A stretch of 64,000 nucleotides of DNA from Opitutia bacterium (GTDB lineage: Bacteria > Verrucomicrobiota > Verrucomicrobiia > Opitutales > T3Sed10-336): contig JBJHCF010000009.1 of NCBI GenBank assembly GCA_050506795.1, forward strand, positions 65,801-129,800, given 5' to 3'. Shown in pieces: positions 1 through 10,906 of this stretch (positions are counted from its first letter, which is position 1; the number at the start of each line of letters is the position of its first letter). The notes under the pieces were generated by a model. It searched no databases and was not told the origin of the DNA. It saw only the letters and a list, made by a program, of their open reading frames with translations. The position numbers were made by a program, and so were the translations under genes.

Positions 1-1
1 C

Positions 2-409
2 GGATACACCTGCGGCAACGACGTCAGCGCCCGCGACTGGCAGAAGGAAAAGGGTGGGGGACAGTGGTGCCGGGCCAAAAGCTTCGATACCTTTGCGCCG
101 CTGGGACCCTGTCTGGTGACCCCCGATGAGATCCCCAATCCCAACGACCTGCAGATCCGCACCCGTCTCAACAAAGAGACCGTGCAGATGAGCCACACCG
201 GGGACATGATTTTCGACGTGCCCACCCTGATCGCCTTTCTCAGCGGCAGCACCACGCTACCCGCGGGCACCGTCATTTTGACCGGCACCCCCGAAGGCGT
301 CGGCATGGCCCGCACCCCGCCCCTGTGGTTGAAAAACGGGGACACGGTGCATGTCGAAATCGAAGGTATCGGCTCCCTGGAAAACCCGGTGACCCGCGAG
401 GGCGATTGA
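2..409 (+). CDS. Fumarylacetoacetate hydrolase family protein (5' partial, runs off window)
   Basis: Frame open from nt 2: [14 protein letters not shown]...[11 protein letters not shown]...[13 protein letters not shown], typical FAA_hydrolase motifs. Confidence 0.88.
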   Translation, partial: GYTCGNDVSARDWQKEKGGGQWCRAKSFDTFAPLGPCLVTPDEIPNPNDLQIRTRLNKETVQMSHTGDMIFDVPTLIAFLSGSTTLPAGTVILTGTPEGVGMARTPPLWLKNGDTVHVEIEGIGSLENPVTREGD

Positions 410-458
410 ACCCGCCCGGATGCCCCGCTGTCGGGGGTCGCCGGGCGGCTCCGCCGTC

Positions 459-1448
459 CTATCCTTTTAACTCCTTCTCGACCGCGGCCCACCGCTCTTC
501 CGGCAGGGTGGCGCCCATGACCTGGACAACCTCCGCGCCAAGACGGGAACCGAATCGCCCGCAATCCGACAGGTCGCGGCCCTGGAGCCAGCCGTAGAGA
601 AAACCTGCCGCCCACAAATCGCCTGCGCCGGTGGTGTCGACAACGTTGTCCACCCGGACCGGATCAACGCGCACCACCGTCTCACCCCGAGCAATATAGG
701 AGCCCTCTTTGCCTACTTTGACGACGGCGGTGTCGCAGAGTTCGGCCAATTCCCGCACCATGGCCTCGTAATCGGTGCCCTTGCCGGAAAACGCGTTGGC
801 TTCCTCCTCGTTGGCGAAAACCACGTCCACGTAGTCACGGAGGATGCCGGGAAGAACATCCTTGGTGGCGTTTACCACCTCGAACGAAGCCAGGTCCACA
901 CTGATGGTACAGCCCGCTTCTTTGGCCGAATCGAGGACCTTTTGCATCAGGTCGCGGTTGAAAAGCAGGTACCCCTCGATATGGGCATGCTGACAATCCC
1001 GGAAATCCTCGACGCTCACCTCGTCGGGGGTGAGGGTCATGGCCGCGCCAAGATCGGTGCGCATGGTACGTTCGGAGTCGGGTGTCACCAGTGAAAGACA
1101 ACGACCATTGGGAACCCCGCCGTCCTTAAACCGCGACGTGTCGCCGCCCAGGTCGGCGAATCGCCGTTTATAAAATTCCGCTCCGGCGTCGTTGCCAATC
1201 TTTCCCAGAAAGGTGGCGGGAACCCCAAGGCGGGCCAGCGTGAAGATACTGTTTCCCGCGGAACCCCCGGCGGCTTCCACCAACTCGCCCTCGACCTTCG
1301 CCAATAGCGCTCCCATGCTTTCCGTATCCACGAGTTCCATGCCGCCTTTGGCCCCCTCGATGCCTTCCAGGAAGGCGTCTTCCACCCGCGCCAACGTATC
1401 CACGATGGGCGAGCCTACTCCGATGATTTTGTATTTTTTCTCTGCCAT
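459..1448 (-). CDS. PfkB-family carbohydrate/adenosine kinase
   Basis: GGSAGN near N-terminus, FANEEE, C-terminal DTTGAGD; start set at MAEKK (1448). Confidence 0.9.
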   Translation of the reverse strand: MAEKKYKIIGVGSPIVDTLARVEDAFLEGIEGAKGGMELVDTESMGALLAKVEGELVEAAGGSAGNSIFTLARLGVPATFLGKIGNDAGAEFYKRRFADLGGDTSRFKDGGVPNGRCLSLVTPDSERTMRTDLGAAMTLTPDEVSVEDFRDCQHAHIEGYLLFNRDLMQKVLDSAKEAGCTISVDLASFEVVNATKDVLPGILRDYVDVVFANEEEANAFSGKGTDYEAMVRELAELCDTAVVKVGKEGSYIARGETVVRVDPVRVDNVVDTTGAGDLWAAGFLYGWLQGRDLSDCGRFGSRLGAEVVQVMGATLPEERWAAVEKELKG

Positions 1449-1694
1449 AAATCCGTAGTTTTCGCACCGCCGCCAAACGATCAATCGCAGCGGCACGAAT
1501 TACCATTACCTCCCAAGCCCGCCCGCAGGGCAACGAGAAAAGCCGCCCTCAATGTTGGCTCAGGCCGGTAAAGAGTCCATATCGCTGAATTCGATACGTT
1601 TCCATTACCGTTTTCGACAAGGAAACGCGGATACGCACGCTCTGCGAAAACCATCGAAAAAGGCACTTTTTCGTTTCGATTACTCTTGAAAAAA

Positions 1695-1716
1695 CCGTTA
1701 CAATTTCGTAACCAAA
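1695..1716 (+). promoter_or_regulatory. Possible OmpR/PhoB-type operator upstream of porin
   Basis: CCGTTACAATT-TCGTAACCAAA: GTTAC and GTAAC at an 11-bp period, also an inverted pair. Confidence 0.3.
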
Positions 1717-1725
1717 TGAATTCCA

Positions 1726-1754
1726 TTCATCATCGCATAGCAACCGATGATGAA
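1726..1754 (+). other. Perfect 10-bp hairpin in porin leader
   Basis: TTCATCATCG-CATAGCAAC-CGATGATGAA, ending 38 nt before the porin ATG. Confidence 0.5.
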
Positions 1755-1792
1755 AACCGCAGCATAAAACCCTTAGTGTAGAAAACGAAAAA

Positions 1793-2989
1793 ATGAAAGA
1801 CCATTCATCTCGATCGATACGTTTCGCGTCTCTCGTAGGAGCCGCCGCCTTGATGATACCGGCCGGTTTGAACGCGCAGAATGACGCTATGGATGCCTTG
1901 GAACCCGTGCTTAGCTCGGTGAGCGATCTCCGGCTGAAGGGCTCTTTTGGCGCCGAGTTCGGAGCCTCAAGCGCCAATCGTAACCGCGGGGGCGCGGGCA
2001 ACACGGAAAGTTTCCACACTTTCAACATCTCGCACGTTCGCTTCGGCGCCGAGGCCACCGTGTACGATGACTTCCACCTCGATGCCACTGTGTCGCTGCT
2101 TCCCACTTTCGGGAATGTTATTCACGACCTGGGAGGTGAAGGTGCGGGCGTTAACCTCTATCACGCGACGCTGTCCTACACCGGCTTCGAAGTCACGGAT
2201 TTGACTTTCGGATACATGTTCCCTCGCTTCGGATTGGAGAGGAATACCGCGGACGAAGATATAATTACCATCACTCGTACCGCCCTTACCGGTTTGGTGA
2301 CTCCCTTCCAGCACACCGGTGTGGCCGCTCACGGTGATTGGGACATCTTCAACTATCACGTGGGACTTTACAACGGCGACGCGGGCGGGGGAACCAACCC
2401 ATCCCAGCAATATCCGGTCGGTTACCTCTTCAATCTGAGTGGCGGGGTGGACCTTGATGAGTACGCCGCCGCGCTTCATGAGGACCTTTCCGCCGACCTG
2501 CGCGTAGACTTCCTCTACAACGACGAGGTCGGCACCGGAGCCGGAGGGGAAGCTTTCAAAAACGCAGTGGCAATTGGAACCAACGTCAGTTTCCTGGGCA
2601 TCGACGTCACCTACGAATACATGTGGGCCCGCGCGACCAACAACCTCGGATTGCCGGTTCGTCCCAAGGTACACGGGTATTACATTATGCCGTCATACTA
2701 CCTGACCGATCGTTTCCAGGCTGTGGCCCGTTATGAACGGATGCGGAACACGGAAGGAAACGTCATTGGAGGCGCCTTCTCACACAACGTCTACGCCGCC
2801 GACGTCGCGGGTATTTCCACCGGAGGAAACAAATACCAGGCCATTTACCTGGGCGGTAATTACTACCTCCATGGCGAAAACGTCAAACTGATGGCCGGTC
2901 TCGAGCTTGCGGAGTTGCGCAACACCACAACGACCAACTTCCAAAGCCGTACCCACACGGCCATGACGGCGCTGCGCATGCAGTTCTGA
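1793..2989 (+). CDS. Outer-membrane porin, OprO/OprP-like
   Basis: Sec signal peptide, alternating aromatic beta strands, FGLE motif, GxNYYLHGENVKL, terminal Phe (MQF). Confidence 0.72.
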   Translation: MKDHSSRSIRFASLVGAAALMIPAGLNAQNDAMDALEPVLSSVSDLRLKGSFGAEFGASSANRNRGGAGNTESFHTFNISHVRFGAEATVYDDFHLDATVSLLPTFGNVIHDLGGEGAGVNLYHATLSYTGFEVTDLTFGYMFPRFGLERNTADEDIITITRTALTGLVTPFQHTGVAAHGDWDIFNYHVGLYNGDAGGGTNPSQQYPVGYLFNLSGGVDLDEYAAALHEDLSADLRVDFLYNDEVGTGAGGEAFKNAVAIGTNVSFLGIDVTYEYMWARATNNLGLPVRPKVHGYYIMPSYYLTDRFQAVARYERMRNTEGNVIGGAFSHNVYAADVAGISTGGNKYQAIYLGGNYYLHGENVKLMAGLELAELRNTTTTNFQSRTHTAMTALRMQF

Positions 2990-3017
2990 TTCACCTCACG
3001 ATCTGTTATTATCCATC

Positions 3018-3050
3018 AAGCGGGCTCCTGAAAGGGGGCCCGCTTCTTTG
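3018..3050. terminator. Intrinsic terminator between convergent porin and cysS
   Basis: AAGCGGGCTCC-TGAAAG-GGGGCCCGCTT followed by CTTTG. Confidence 0.8.
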
Positions 3051-3066
3051 TGACCGATCGTACAAA

Positions 3067-4527
3067 TCAATCCGTTTTTTCCAGGTCGTAGCCGTCCTTG
3101 CGGTCGAGCACCTTCCATCCGGCCTCGGTCAGTTCCTTCCGCAGGGAGTCCGCCCGGGCAAAGTCCCGCGCTTTTTTCGCCGCCCACCGTTCGTCCGCCA
3201 GTCGCCGGATATCGGCGGGCGTTTCGGTCGCCTCCTTCGCATCGGGTTCGGCATGCAGATCGAGTCCGAGAGCGTAAAGGAGAAAGCCCAAAGCTACTGC
3301 GCGTCGCCTTGACCCCTCGGGGCCTTCGCCATCGCCGCCCTCCGGCATGCCCACCTCCCCAAGCGCCCGGAAGAGTTCGCCCAGAGCCGCCGGAGTGTTG
3401 AGATCGTCGAGCAACCGCTCCCAGGCGGGCTGGAAGGTCCCCAGCGAGTCCGGCCGGTTTTCCAGGAGAAAGGTGCGGTTATAGAACTCATCCCGAGAAA
3501 CCCCGGCGGCCTGCATCACCGCATCCGCCTTGCGCCGGAGTTTTTTCAGGGCGCTCTCCGCCGCCTGGAGCGAATCCAGTGTGAAATTGAGCTGCTGCCG
3601 GTAATGGGCGGAGATTAACTCATAACGCAGCGCCATGGGAGAAAATCCTTTGGCTTGAAGATCCTCCAGCGTGTAGAGGTTGCCCAGGCTTTTGCTCATC
3701 TTTTTGCCGTCCACCATGAGGTGGGCGCAATGAAACCAATGGCGTACGAACGGCTTCCCGGTGCAGGCTTCACTCTGGGCGATTTCGTTTTCGTGGTGGG
3801 GAAAAACCAGGTCGACTCCGCCGCCGTGCACGTCGAAGGTTTCTCCCAGGTAATCCATGCTCATGGCGCTGCACTCCAGGTGCCATCCCGGACGACCCGC
3901 CCCCCAGGGGCTGTCCCAGTACACCTCGCCGTCCTCTTCCTTGCGGGCTTTCCACAAGGCGAAATCGGCGCCCGAGTCGCGTTCGTATTCGTCGGCGTCG
4001 ATCGGCCCGCCGGCGGCCGGCTCACGGTCGGTGGTGATCTCGCGCTCCTTAAGACGCGACAGCTTGCCGTATTCGTCGAACGAGGACACCCGGAAATACA
4101 CCGACCCGCTGTCCGTGGCGTAAGCGTGACCCGATTCGATCAATCGGGAAATCAGGTCGATCTGACTCTTGATATGATCGGTCGCCGCCGGCTCGAACGC
4201 CGGTGGCAGCAGGTTTAGCTTCCTGGCGTCATCGTGAAATCGCTCGGTCCATTTGCGGGTGAATTCCTTTAGGGGCACGCCTTGCTCGCGGGACTCCCGA
4301 ATGGTCTTATCGTCGACATCGGTGAGGTTGCGCACGTGTTTGACCGGAATTCCGGTCATCTCCACCGTGCGACGGAAGACATCCTGCTGCAAAAACGTTC
4401 TTAGATTGCCGATGTGCGCAGGACCGTACACCGTAGGACCACAGCAGTAAAAGCGCAGGGCTTCGCCGTCCTCCGGACGGATTTCGCGCAGGGAGCGAGT
4501 CAGGGTGTCGTACAGATGAACAGGCAT
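3067..4527 (-). CDS. cysS: Cysteine--tRNA ligase
   Basis: CGPTVY, HIGN, GRPGWHLECSAM, HGGGVDLVFPHHENE, KMSKS; start MPVHLYDTL. Confidence 0.97.
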   Translation of the reverse strand: MPVHLYDTLTRSLREIRPEDGEALRFYCCGPTVYGPAHIGNLRTFLQQDVFRRTVEMTGIPVKHVRNLTDVDDKTIRESREQGVPLKEFTRKWTERFHDDARKLNLLPPAFEPAATDHIKSQIDLISRLIESGHAYATDSGSVYFRVSSFDEYGKLSRLKEREITTDREPAAGGPIDADEYERDSGADFALWKARKEEDGEVYWDSPWGAGRPGWHLECSAMSMDYLGETFDVHGGGVDLVFPHHENEIAQSEACTGKPFVRHWFHCAHLMVDGKKMSKSLGNLYTLEDLQAKGFSPMALRYELISAHYRQQLNFTLDSLQAAESALKKLRRKADAVMQAAGVSRDEFYNRTFLLENRPDSLGTFQPAWERLLDDLNTPAALGELFRALGEVGMPEGGDGEGPEGSRRRAVALGFLLYALGLDLHAEPDAKEATETPADIRRLADERWAAKKARDFARADSLRKELTEAGWKVLDRKDGYDLEKTD

Positions 4528-4735
4528 GATTCGGCAAAAACGGATGTCCCCACAACAAACAACCCAATTCCGTAAAAGATCAAACCAATACCAGGACCTT
4601 TTCATCTGAAGCCGGCCATCCGCCTCAAAACCCAGTTAAAATCACCGGCATTTGAGATCCAAAATAGACGGATGATCCCAGTCGCCACGGATTTCAGTGG
4701 GCAACTGAGTCGATTTATCGCTAGTATCCCACTCC

Positions 4736-5746
4736 ATGAGCAACGCTTTTTCTCTCGATCTGACCTCGCGCCCCCGGCGACTGCGCGCCTCGGCGTCGCG
4801 CCGGGCACTGGTGGCGGAGACCACACTTTCTCCGTCGGATTTCATTGCACCCTTGTTTGTCATAGAAGGGGCGGGCGAGCCCCAACCGGTGGATGCTATG
4901 CCGGGAGTATCCCGTTTGCCTATTGGTAAACTCGTGGAGGAGTGCCGCACCCTGAGCGCCCTGGGCATTCCGGCGGTGGCGCTTTTTCCATGTCTGGATC
5001 CGAGCCTGAAGGACGATAACGGAACGGCCGCGCTTGACGAAAACGCCCTGATTCTTCGCGCAGTGCAGGCGGTGAAACGGGAAGTTCCCGGTCTTGCCGT
5101 AATCACGGACATCGCGCTCGACCCGTACACGACGCACGGTCACGACGGTCTGCTGAACGAAACCGGAACCGACGTTTTGAACGACGCCACGGTGGAGGTA
5201 CTGGCGAAAATGGCCGTCCTTCACGCCCGGGCCGGAGTCGATTGGGTGGCGCCGTCCGACATGATGGACGGCCGCGTCGGCGCCCTCCGCCGCGCCCTCG
5301 ACTCCGCCGGCGCCGTGAACACCGGAATCCTGGCCTATTCCGCCAAATTCGCCTCCGCCTACTACGGTCCGTTCCGCGAAGCCGTGGGCAGTGCCGTGCC
5401 CGCCGGACGTCCGCATCTGGACAAGCGCACCTATCAGCTCTCGCCGGGAAACCGCCGCGAGGCCCTGCGTGAGATCCGTCTGGACGAGCAGGAAGGCGCT
5501 GACGTGCTGATGGTCAAACCGGCGGGCCCTTACCTCGACATCATTCGTGAGGTGCGTGAAAATACGGCCTTACCGGTGGCCGCCTACCAGGTTTCAGGTG
5601 AATACGCGCAGATTCACGCCGCCGCCCAACGCGGCTGGCTCGATCTCAAAGCCTGCCGCGACGAATCCCTGCTCGCAATCAAACGCGCCGGGGCGGACAT
5701 GATTCTTACCTATTTTGCCCGCGCCGCCGCGGAGGAACTCACCTAG
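4736..5746 (+). CDS. hemB: Porphobilinogen synthase (Asp-type metal site)
   Basis: RPRRLR, DIALDPYTTHGHDG, APSDMMDGR, YGPFREA, MVKP, AYQVSGEY. Confidence 0.97.
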   Translation: MSNAFSLDLTSRPRRLRASASRRALVAETTLSPSDFIAPLFVIEGAGEPQPVDAMPGVSRLPIGKLVEECRTLSALGIPAVALFPCLDPSLKDDNGTAALDENALILRAVQAVKREVPGLAVITDIALDPYTTHGHDGLLNETGTDVLNDATVEVLAKMAVLHARAGVDWVAPSDMMDGRVGALRRALDSAGAVNTGILAYSAKFASAYYGPFREAVGSAVPAGRPHLDKRTYQLSPGNRREALREIRLDEQEGADVLMVKPAGPYLDIIREVRENTALPVAAYQVSGEYAQIHAAAQRGWLDLKACRDESLLAIKRAGADMILTYFARAAAEELT

Positions 5747-5782
5747 CCGCCGGTCGGACTTCGCCGAACGGCCGCCAGCGGT

Positions 5783-6601
5783 TCACCCCTTTTTACCTCC
5801 GCGCGGACGAGACTCCTCGTCCTCGTCGTCCTCGAGATCGTCCAGTTCCTCGTCCTCCTCGTCGTCCCCCAACTCATCCAGGTCCTCTTCTTCATCCTCC
5901 CCGACGATCGTATCATCATCGTCGTCATCTACGTCTTCATCGTCCTCCCACCGAAGGGATTCATCTTTCTTGAGTTCCTCCTCCTCGTTTTCATCGATAT
6001 CCGGAAAATCGTCGCTGACTTCCTCCTCGATGGCACGCGCCTTACCTTCCTCCTCGTCGTCAGATTCGTATCCGGCGGGAACGTACTCCAGAATATTGAC
6101 GATTTCGGTGAACAAATGAACGGCGCTCCCCTCGATGAAGTTGGAATTCTGTTCCTCACGGATCTCCTCCTCGATTTCGTCCATGGTCAACTTCTGCTCG
6201 AAGTCGATGGTGTCATTGAGAAGCTTGACCCGCAATTTGGTAATATGATCGATAAAATCGGCGTAAGGACCGGTTTCTTCATCAATAAGGTTGGGCAGGG
6301 CGAACAGGTGGTCCTCGGTGTCGAGAAAAGACTCGTTGGCCCGGCGCAGATGCACGCGGCCTTCCCCCAGATCCTTTTCAATGCGGAACGGAAAAAACGC
6401 CGCCTCCAACAGGTTAGCTTCGAAGCCGTAGTCGTTGAGTGGTTCGATCAAGTCGATGATGTAGCTCATCTGCCGGGGATCGATAATACTCAATCCGTCG
6501 ACATCCCAATGAACATCGTCGCTAAGCTCATCAACCCACCAGTTGAGATCCTCTCCCAACCGCACCACACACCACTCAAGCTGCCTTTTTGTTTTCGCCA
6601 T
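5783..6601 (-). CDS. Hypothetical protein with very acidic C-terminal tail
   Basis: Globular-looking N-terminal ~180 aa, then D/E-dominated tail ending in basic RPRGGKKG; start MAKTKR. Confidence 0.75.
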   Translation of the reverse strand: MAKTKRQLEWCVVRLGEDLNWWVDELSDDVHWDVDGLSIIDPRQMSYIIDLIEPLNDYGFEANLLEAAFFPFRIEKDLGEGRVHLRRANESFLDTEDHLFALPNLIDEETGPYADFIDHITKLRVKLLNDTIDFEQKLTMDEIEEEIREEQNSNFIEGSAVHLFTEIVNILEYVPAGYESDDEEEGKARAIEEEVSDDFPDIDENEEEELKKDESLRWEDDEDVDDDDDDTIVGEDEEEDLDELGDDEEDEELDDLEDDEDEESRPRGGKKG

Positions 6602-6851
6602 AAAAAAATTCGCCACCTTCCTGAGATTTTTGGTTCGTAACCAAGCTTTGCCCTACAGCAGGAAAAAACCCGCACCGGCGGTCAAGTCAACCTGCGAAAT
6701 GATGAATTTTTCGCTATTTTCCCATGATTTGGCTGGCGCGACAAATTCCGGCGCTGCAGGCTGGTCGAATCACGCAGTCACCGGCGCCGCCGCGGAGTCA
6801 ATTCCTACCTCGCGGATACACTACGTTTACCGCCGGAAAAAATCGGCACTT

Positions 6852-7919
6852 ATGGGATTCTGGTACGACAAGACGATCAAACCGTATCTTTTTCGGAAGG
6901 ATCCGGAAGCCGCGCACCATCTGGCGGTGCGAGGGATGCACCTGGCGAGTTCCGTGCGACCGCTCTGCCGTTTGATGGCACGTCTTACCCGCCCGGGAGG
7001 GCGGTGTCGCCCGATCGAACTTTTTGGACTGCAGTTTCCCAACCCGGTCGGCCTGGCCGCGGGATTCGATAAGGACGGAGTCTGCTGGCCCGCGGCCGCC
7101 GCGCTTGGATTCGGCCATGTGGAAATCGGCACGGTGACGGCGCAACGCCAACCGGGCAATCCGCGCCCGCGTGTGTTCCGTTATCCGCAAGAGGAGGCCG
7201 TCATCAACCGTATGGGTTTTAATAACGACGGCGCCGAAATCATCGCTCAACGTCTGGCCCGGCAATCCCGTCGGGACCGCACCGTTCCGCTGGGGATCAA
7301 CATCGGCAAGTCGCGCGCGGTGGGGATCGACGACGCGGCCGATGATTACCTCGCCTCCTTTCGTGCGCTCGCCGATCACGCCGACTACATTGCGATCAAC
7401 GTCAGCAGCCCCAACACTCCGGATTTACGCCTGTTGCAGGAGAGTTCACATCTCGCAGGGTTGCTCGGGACGCTTTGTGATGCCAACCTGCGCCGTACTC
7501 AAAACGAAGGGAAGACGCGGGTGCCTTTGCTGATCAAAATAGCACCCGACCTGAGTTACCGACAGATCGACGCGCTGCTGGAGACCGCGGCCAACCTGCG
7601 CCTGGACGGTGTCATCGCCACCAATACCACACTGGACCGGCCCGGCCCCTGCGCGACGATGCGTGAATCCGGAGGACTGAGCGGCCGGCCTTTGCGCACC
7701 CGGGCGACCGACATCGTGCGCTACATACACCGGCACACCGACGGAAAACTTCCCATCATTGGAGTCGGGGGAATTCATGACCTGGAAGCCGCCGGGGAAA
7801 AAATGGATGCCGGCGCCTCCCTGGTGCAAATCTACACGGGCATGATCTATCAGGGTCCTTTTTTCGCGCGGGACGTCGCGCGCGCCCTGGCCCACCACCA
7901 GCGAGCGGACTGGGTCTGA
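6852..7919 (+). CDS. pyrD: Quinone-dependent dihydroorotate dehydrogenase
   Basis: NPVGLAAGFDK, INRMGFNN, NVSSPNTP, KIAPD, GGLSG, IIGVGGI; start MGFWY. Confidence 0.96.
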   Translation: MGFWYDKTIKPYLFRKDPEAAHHLAVRGMHLASSVRPLCRLMARLTRPGGRCRPIELFGLQFPNPVGLAAGFDKDGVCWPAAAALGFGHVEIGTVTAQRQPGNPRPRVFRYPQEEAVINRMGFNNDGAEIIAQRLARQSRRDRTVPLGINIGKSRAVGIDDAADDYLASFRALADHADYIAINVSSPNTPDLRLLQESSHLAGLLGTLCDANLRRTQNEGKTRVPLLIKIAPDLSYRQIDALLETAANLRLDGVIATNTTLDRPGPCATMRESGGLSGRPLRTRATDIVRYIHRHTDGKLPIIGVGGIHDLEAAGEKMDAGASLVQIYTGMIYQGPFFARDVARALAHHQRADWV

Positions 7920-8043
7920 GACCCTGGTTTGGCCGCCGCAGCAGACCCCCGTAACATCCTGTGGAAATGTCGCGACGTGCCGAGCCGGGCATTTTCTCCT
8001 CGCGGAAGTCCGAAGCGCCCGTTAGGTTCCCCATTTTTGTATC

Positions 8044-8943
8044 ATGGTGAACGAGCGGCATATCGACGTGGACGAACTCATCGCCAAGGCCCGGGTCTTG
8101 CTCGAAGCACTGCCTTACATTCAGCGCTTCAAGGGATCCACTTTTGTGGTGAAGTACGGAGGCAGCTTCATGGACGATCCCGATCCGGAGGTTCGTTCGC
8201 GCCTGGCGGTGGACATCGTTTTTCTGGCCGCGGTCGGAATCAATGTGGTGGTCGTGCACGGAGGCGGCAAAGCCATCTCGCAGGCCATGGAGGTCGCGGG
8301 GCTGACGCCGGTTTTCAACAACGGCCTTAGGGTAACCGACCGCGATGCGATCGCAGTGGTCCGTAAGACCCTGAACGACGTGGTTAACACCGACATCTGC
8401 TCCATGATCCAGGCAAAGAAAGGGTCGGCCGCCGGCATGCCGGGCCAGTCCATCATGCTGTGCCGGAAACTGCAGGAAGACGATGAGGGGCGCTCCATCG
8501 ACCTGGGATTCGTGGGCGAAGTGACCGAAGTGAAGATCAAGCTGATCAAAAAAGGCCTGGCGGAAAACCGCATCCCCGTCATTTCGCCCCTTGCCAGTGA
8601 CGACTCCGGGCAGATTTACAACGTGAATGCCGATCTCGCCGCCGCCCGGGTGGCCGGAGCTCTCCGGGCCCGCCGGCTGGTGTTTATGAGCGATGTGCCC
8701 GGACTTCTGGCCGACGCTTCCGACCCGGACAGCCTGATATCGACTTTGCATGTGGACCGGGTGGAATTCCTGAAGCGTTCCGGCGTCATCGACAAAGGCA
8801 TGCGGCCCAAGGTCAATGCCGCGGTTCGGGCGTTGAGCGAGGGCGTCCAACGGGTCCACTTCATCGATGGTCGCATGCCCCACAGCCTATTGCTGGAGAT
8901 TTTCACCGACCGGGGGGTGGGCACCGAAATCGTACACAAGTAA
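8044..8943 (+). CDS. argB: Acetylglutamate kinase
   Basis: LEALPYI, VVKYGG, VHGGG, GLRVTD, NVNAD, GMRPK, LLLEIFT. Confidence 0.96.
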   Translation: MVNERHIDVDELIAKARVLLEALPYIQRFKGSTFVVKYGGSFMDDPDPEVRSRLAVDIVFLAAVGINVVVVHGGGKAISQAMEVAGLTPVFNNGLRVTDRDAIAVVRKTLNDVVNTDICSMIQAKKGSAAGMPGQSIMLCRKLQEDDEGRSIDLGFVGEVTEVKIKLIKKGLAENRIPVISPLASDDSGQIYNVNADLAAARVAGALRARRLVFMSDVPGLLADASDPDSLISTLHVDRVEFLKRSGVIDKGMRPKVNAAVRALSEGVQRVHFIDGRMPHSLLLEIFTDRGVGTEIVHK

Positions 8944-8949
8944 ACGCCA

Positions 8950-10161
8950 ATGGAATCGTTTCAACACGAGGATACCCAGGAGCTCTACGAAAGATACATC
9001 CTGAAAAACTACGCCCCGGCACCCTTGACGCTGGTGCGCGGCGAAGGGGTTTACGTATGGGACAGCGACGGGCGCCGTTACCTTGATTTCGGCGCCGGCA
9101 TCGCGGTCAGCGCTCTGGGACACGGCCATCCGGCCTGGGTAGCCGCAATCAAAGAGCAGCTATTTCGTCTGACTCACGTAAGCAATCTCTATCGGAATCG
9201 CAACCAGGGACGTCTGGCGAAAAACCTGGTCTCCCGGTGTGGTCCCGGCCGGGTGTTCTTCTGTAACAGCGGCGCCGAAGCGAACGAGGCCCTGCTCAAG
9301 CTCGCGCGCCTCCACGGCGTTCGCAAAACCGGCCGGGAAGGAGTCTGCTACAAGGTCGTTACCGCCCTGAACGGATTTCACGGACGCACCTTCGGCGGCA
9401 TGAGCGCCACCGGACAAGAGAAAATCCGCCAGGGTTTCGCTCCGCTGCTGCCGGGGTTCTCTTTCGGCAAGCTGAACGATCTCGCCGATTTCGAACGATT
9501 GATCGATGATGAAACCGCGGCCGTGTTTCTGGAGACGATCCAGGGGGAGGGCGGCATTCACCCCTGCACTGTCGAATTTCTCCAGGGGATCAGGGACCTC
9601 TGCGAAAGGCGCGGGGTACTGCTGATTCTCGACGAAGTGCAATGCGGCATCGGGCGTACGGGACGGTTTTTCGCCTATGAAAAGGCCGGGATTCGCCCCG
9701 ACGCCATCGGCATGGCAAAGGGACTCGGAAGCGGTTTTCCCCTCGGCGCGATTTGGGTCGATGAAAAATTTGCCGACCTGTTCACTCCCGGCTCACACGG
9801 TACGACCTTCGGCGGAACACCCCTGGGATGTGCCGCCGGACTGGCCACCCTGCACGTAATCGAGAAGGAGGGCCTGATGGAAAACGTGCAACGGAACGCC
9901 CCGGAGTGGATCACGGCCCTGCAAGCCCTGCAGAACGAATTTACGGACCAGGTGCTTTCCGTGCGCGGCGAGGGGTATATGGTGGGCGCCCAGCTCGCGG
10001 TCAACCCCCTCCCCACGGTAGCTGCAATGCGGGATCGCGGTATGCTCGCAGTGCCGGCCTCCGGAAACGTAATTCGTTTTCTGCCGCCGCTTATTGCAAC
10101 AGCAGAGCACCTGCGCCAGGCGACGGAGATCTTTCGCGACGCCCTCTCTGCCACCGGTTGA
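8950..10161 (+). CDS. argD: Acetylornithine aminotransferase
   Basis: NSGAEANE, FHGRT, DEVQCGIGRTG, AKGLG, HGTTFGG; 6 nt after argB. Confidence 0.92.
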   Translation: MESFQHEDTQELYERYILKNYAPAPLTLVRGEGVYVWDSDGRRYLDFGAGIAVSALGHGHPAWVAAIKEQLFRLTHVSNLYRNRNQGRLAKNLVSRCGPGRVFFCNSGAEANEALLKLARLHGVRKTGREGVCYKVVTALNGFHGRTFGGMSATGQEKIRQGFAPLLPGFSFGKLNDLADFERLIDDETAAVFLETIQGEGGIHPCTVEFLQGIRDLCERRGVLLILDEVQCGIGRTGRFFAYEKAGIRPDAIGMAKGLGSGFPLGAIWVDEKFADLFTPGSHGTTFGGTPLGCAAGLATLHVIEKEGLMENVQRNAPEWITALQALQNEFTDQVLSVRGEGYMVGAQLAVNPLPTVAAMRDRGMLAVPASGNVIRFLPPLIATAEHLRQATEIFRDALSATG

Positions 10162-10173
10162 GCCTTTTCCGGC

Positions 10174-10893
10174 ATGAGCGAATCGCCCCGGCCATCTCGA
10201 AAACCGTTCTTCACCAAAACGATTCTGCCCGTCCGGTACTGGATCGTTTGTCTCCTGGCACTCGGAATTGGGGTTCTGTACTTTGCGGGTATCGAATGGG
10301 ACCTCCACGCCTTCCTGGATTGGATACGGGATCAGGGACCGCTGCCGTTTTTTCTGGCCCTCGCTGTTTTGCCCGCTTTCGGGTTTCCCATCACTCCATT
10401 TTTTCTGGTGGCCGGAGCCGCGTTCGGTGTCTGGACCGGTATCATCGGTTCGGTCATTAGCCAGGCGCTGAACCTTATTCTTTGCTTTTGGCTGGCCACC
10501 CGCTACCTGCACGGTTTCCTCGAACGTCTTATCGCGCGGACGCCTTACCGTATTCCACAGATTCGCCAGGAAAACCGGTTAAAGGTGACCCTGCTGATAA
10601 AGATCACCCCCGGACCGCCGAACTTTCTCAAGAGTTATATTCTCGGACTGGCCGGCATTCCCTTCGGCATGTTTTTCCTGGTTTCCCTGCCCACCTCGGT
10701 CGGTTACGGCATCGGGATCATCGTGCTGGGCGATTCGCTGCTCGAAGGAAACATCGGCCAGTCAATCGTTGGGATCTGCATTCTGGTATCGTTACTGATC
10801 GGCATCCGACTCCTGCGCGAGCACCTGTTGCGCCGAAAACGCCTCCGCGAGAGGAATGAGATCGAGACACCGTCACCGGAGCCTGAAGCTTAA
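10174..10893 (+). CDS. TVP38/TMEM64 (VTT/DedA-like) membrane protein
   Basis: Several TM segments, AGAAFGVWTG, ITPGPP..LKSYILGL pattern. Confidence 0.75.
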   Translation: MSESPRPSRKPFFTKTILPVRYWIVCLLALGIGVLYFAGIEWDLHAFLDWIRDQGPLPFFLALAVLPAFGFPITPFFLVAGAAFGVWTGIIGSVISQALNLILCFWLATRYLHGFLERLIARTPYRIPQIRQENRLKVTLLIKITPGPPNFLKSYILGLAGIPFGMFFLVSLPTSVGYGIGIIVLGDSLLEGNIGQSIVGICILVSLLIGIRLLREHLLRRKRLRERNEIETPSPEPEA

Positions 10894-10906
10894 AGATGAC
10901 CCGCGG

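Noticed and set aside
5800..6070. TCN-rich microsatellite and Ser-rich ORF 5715-6119
   Set aside because: It is the reverse complement of Asp/Glu codons in the acidic tail.
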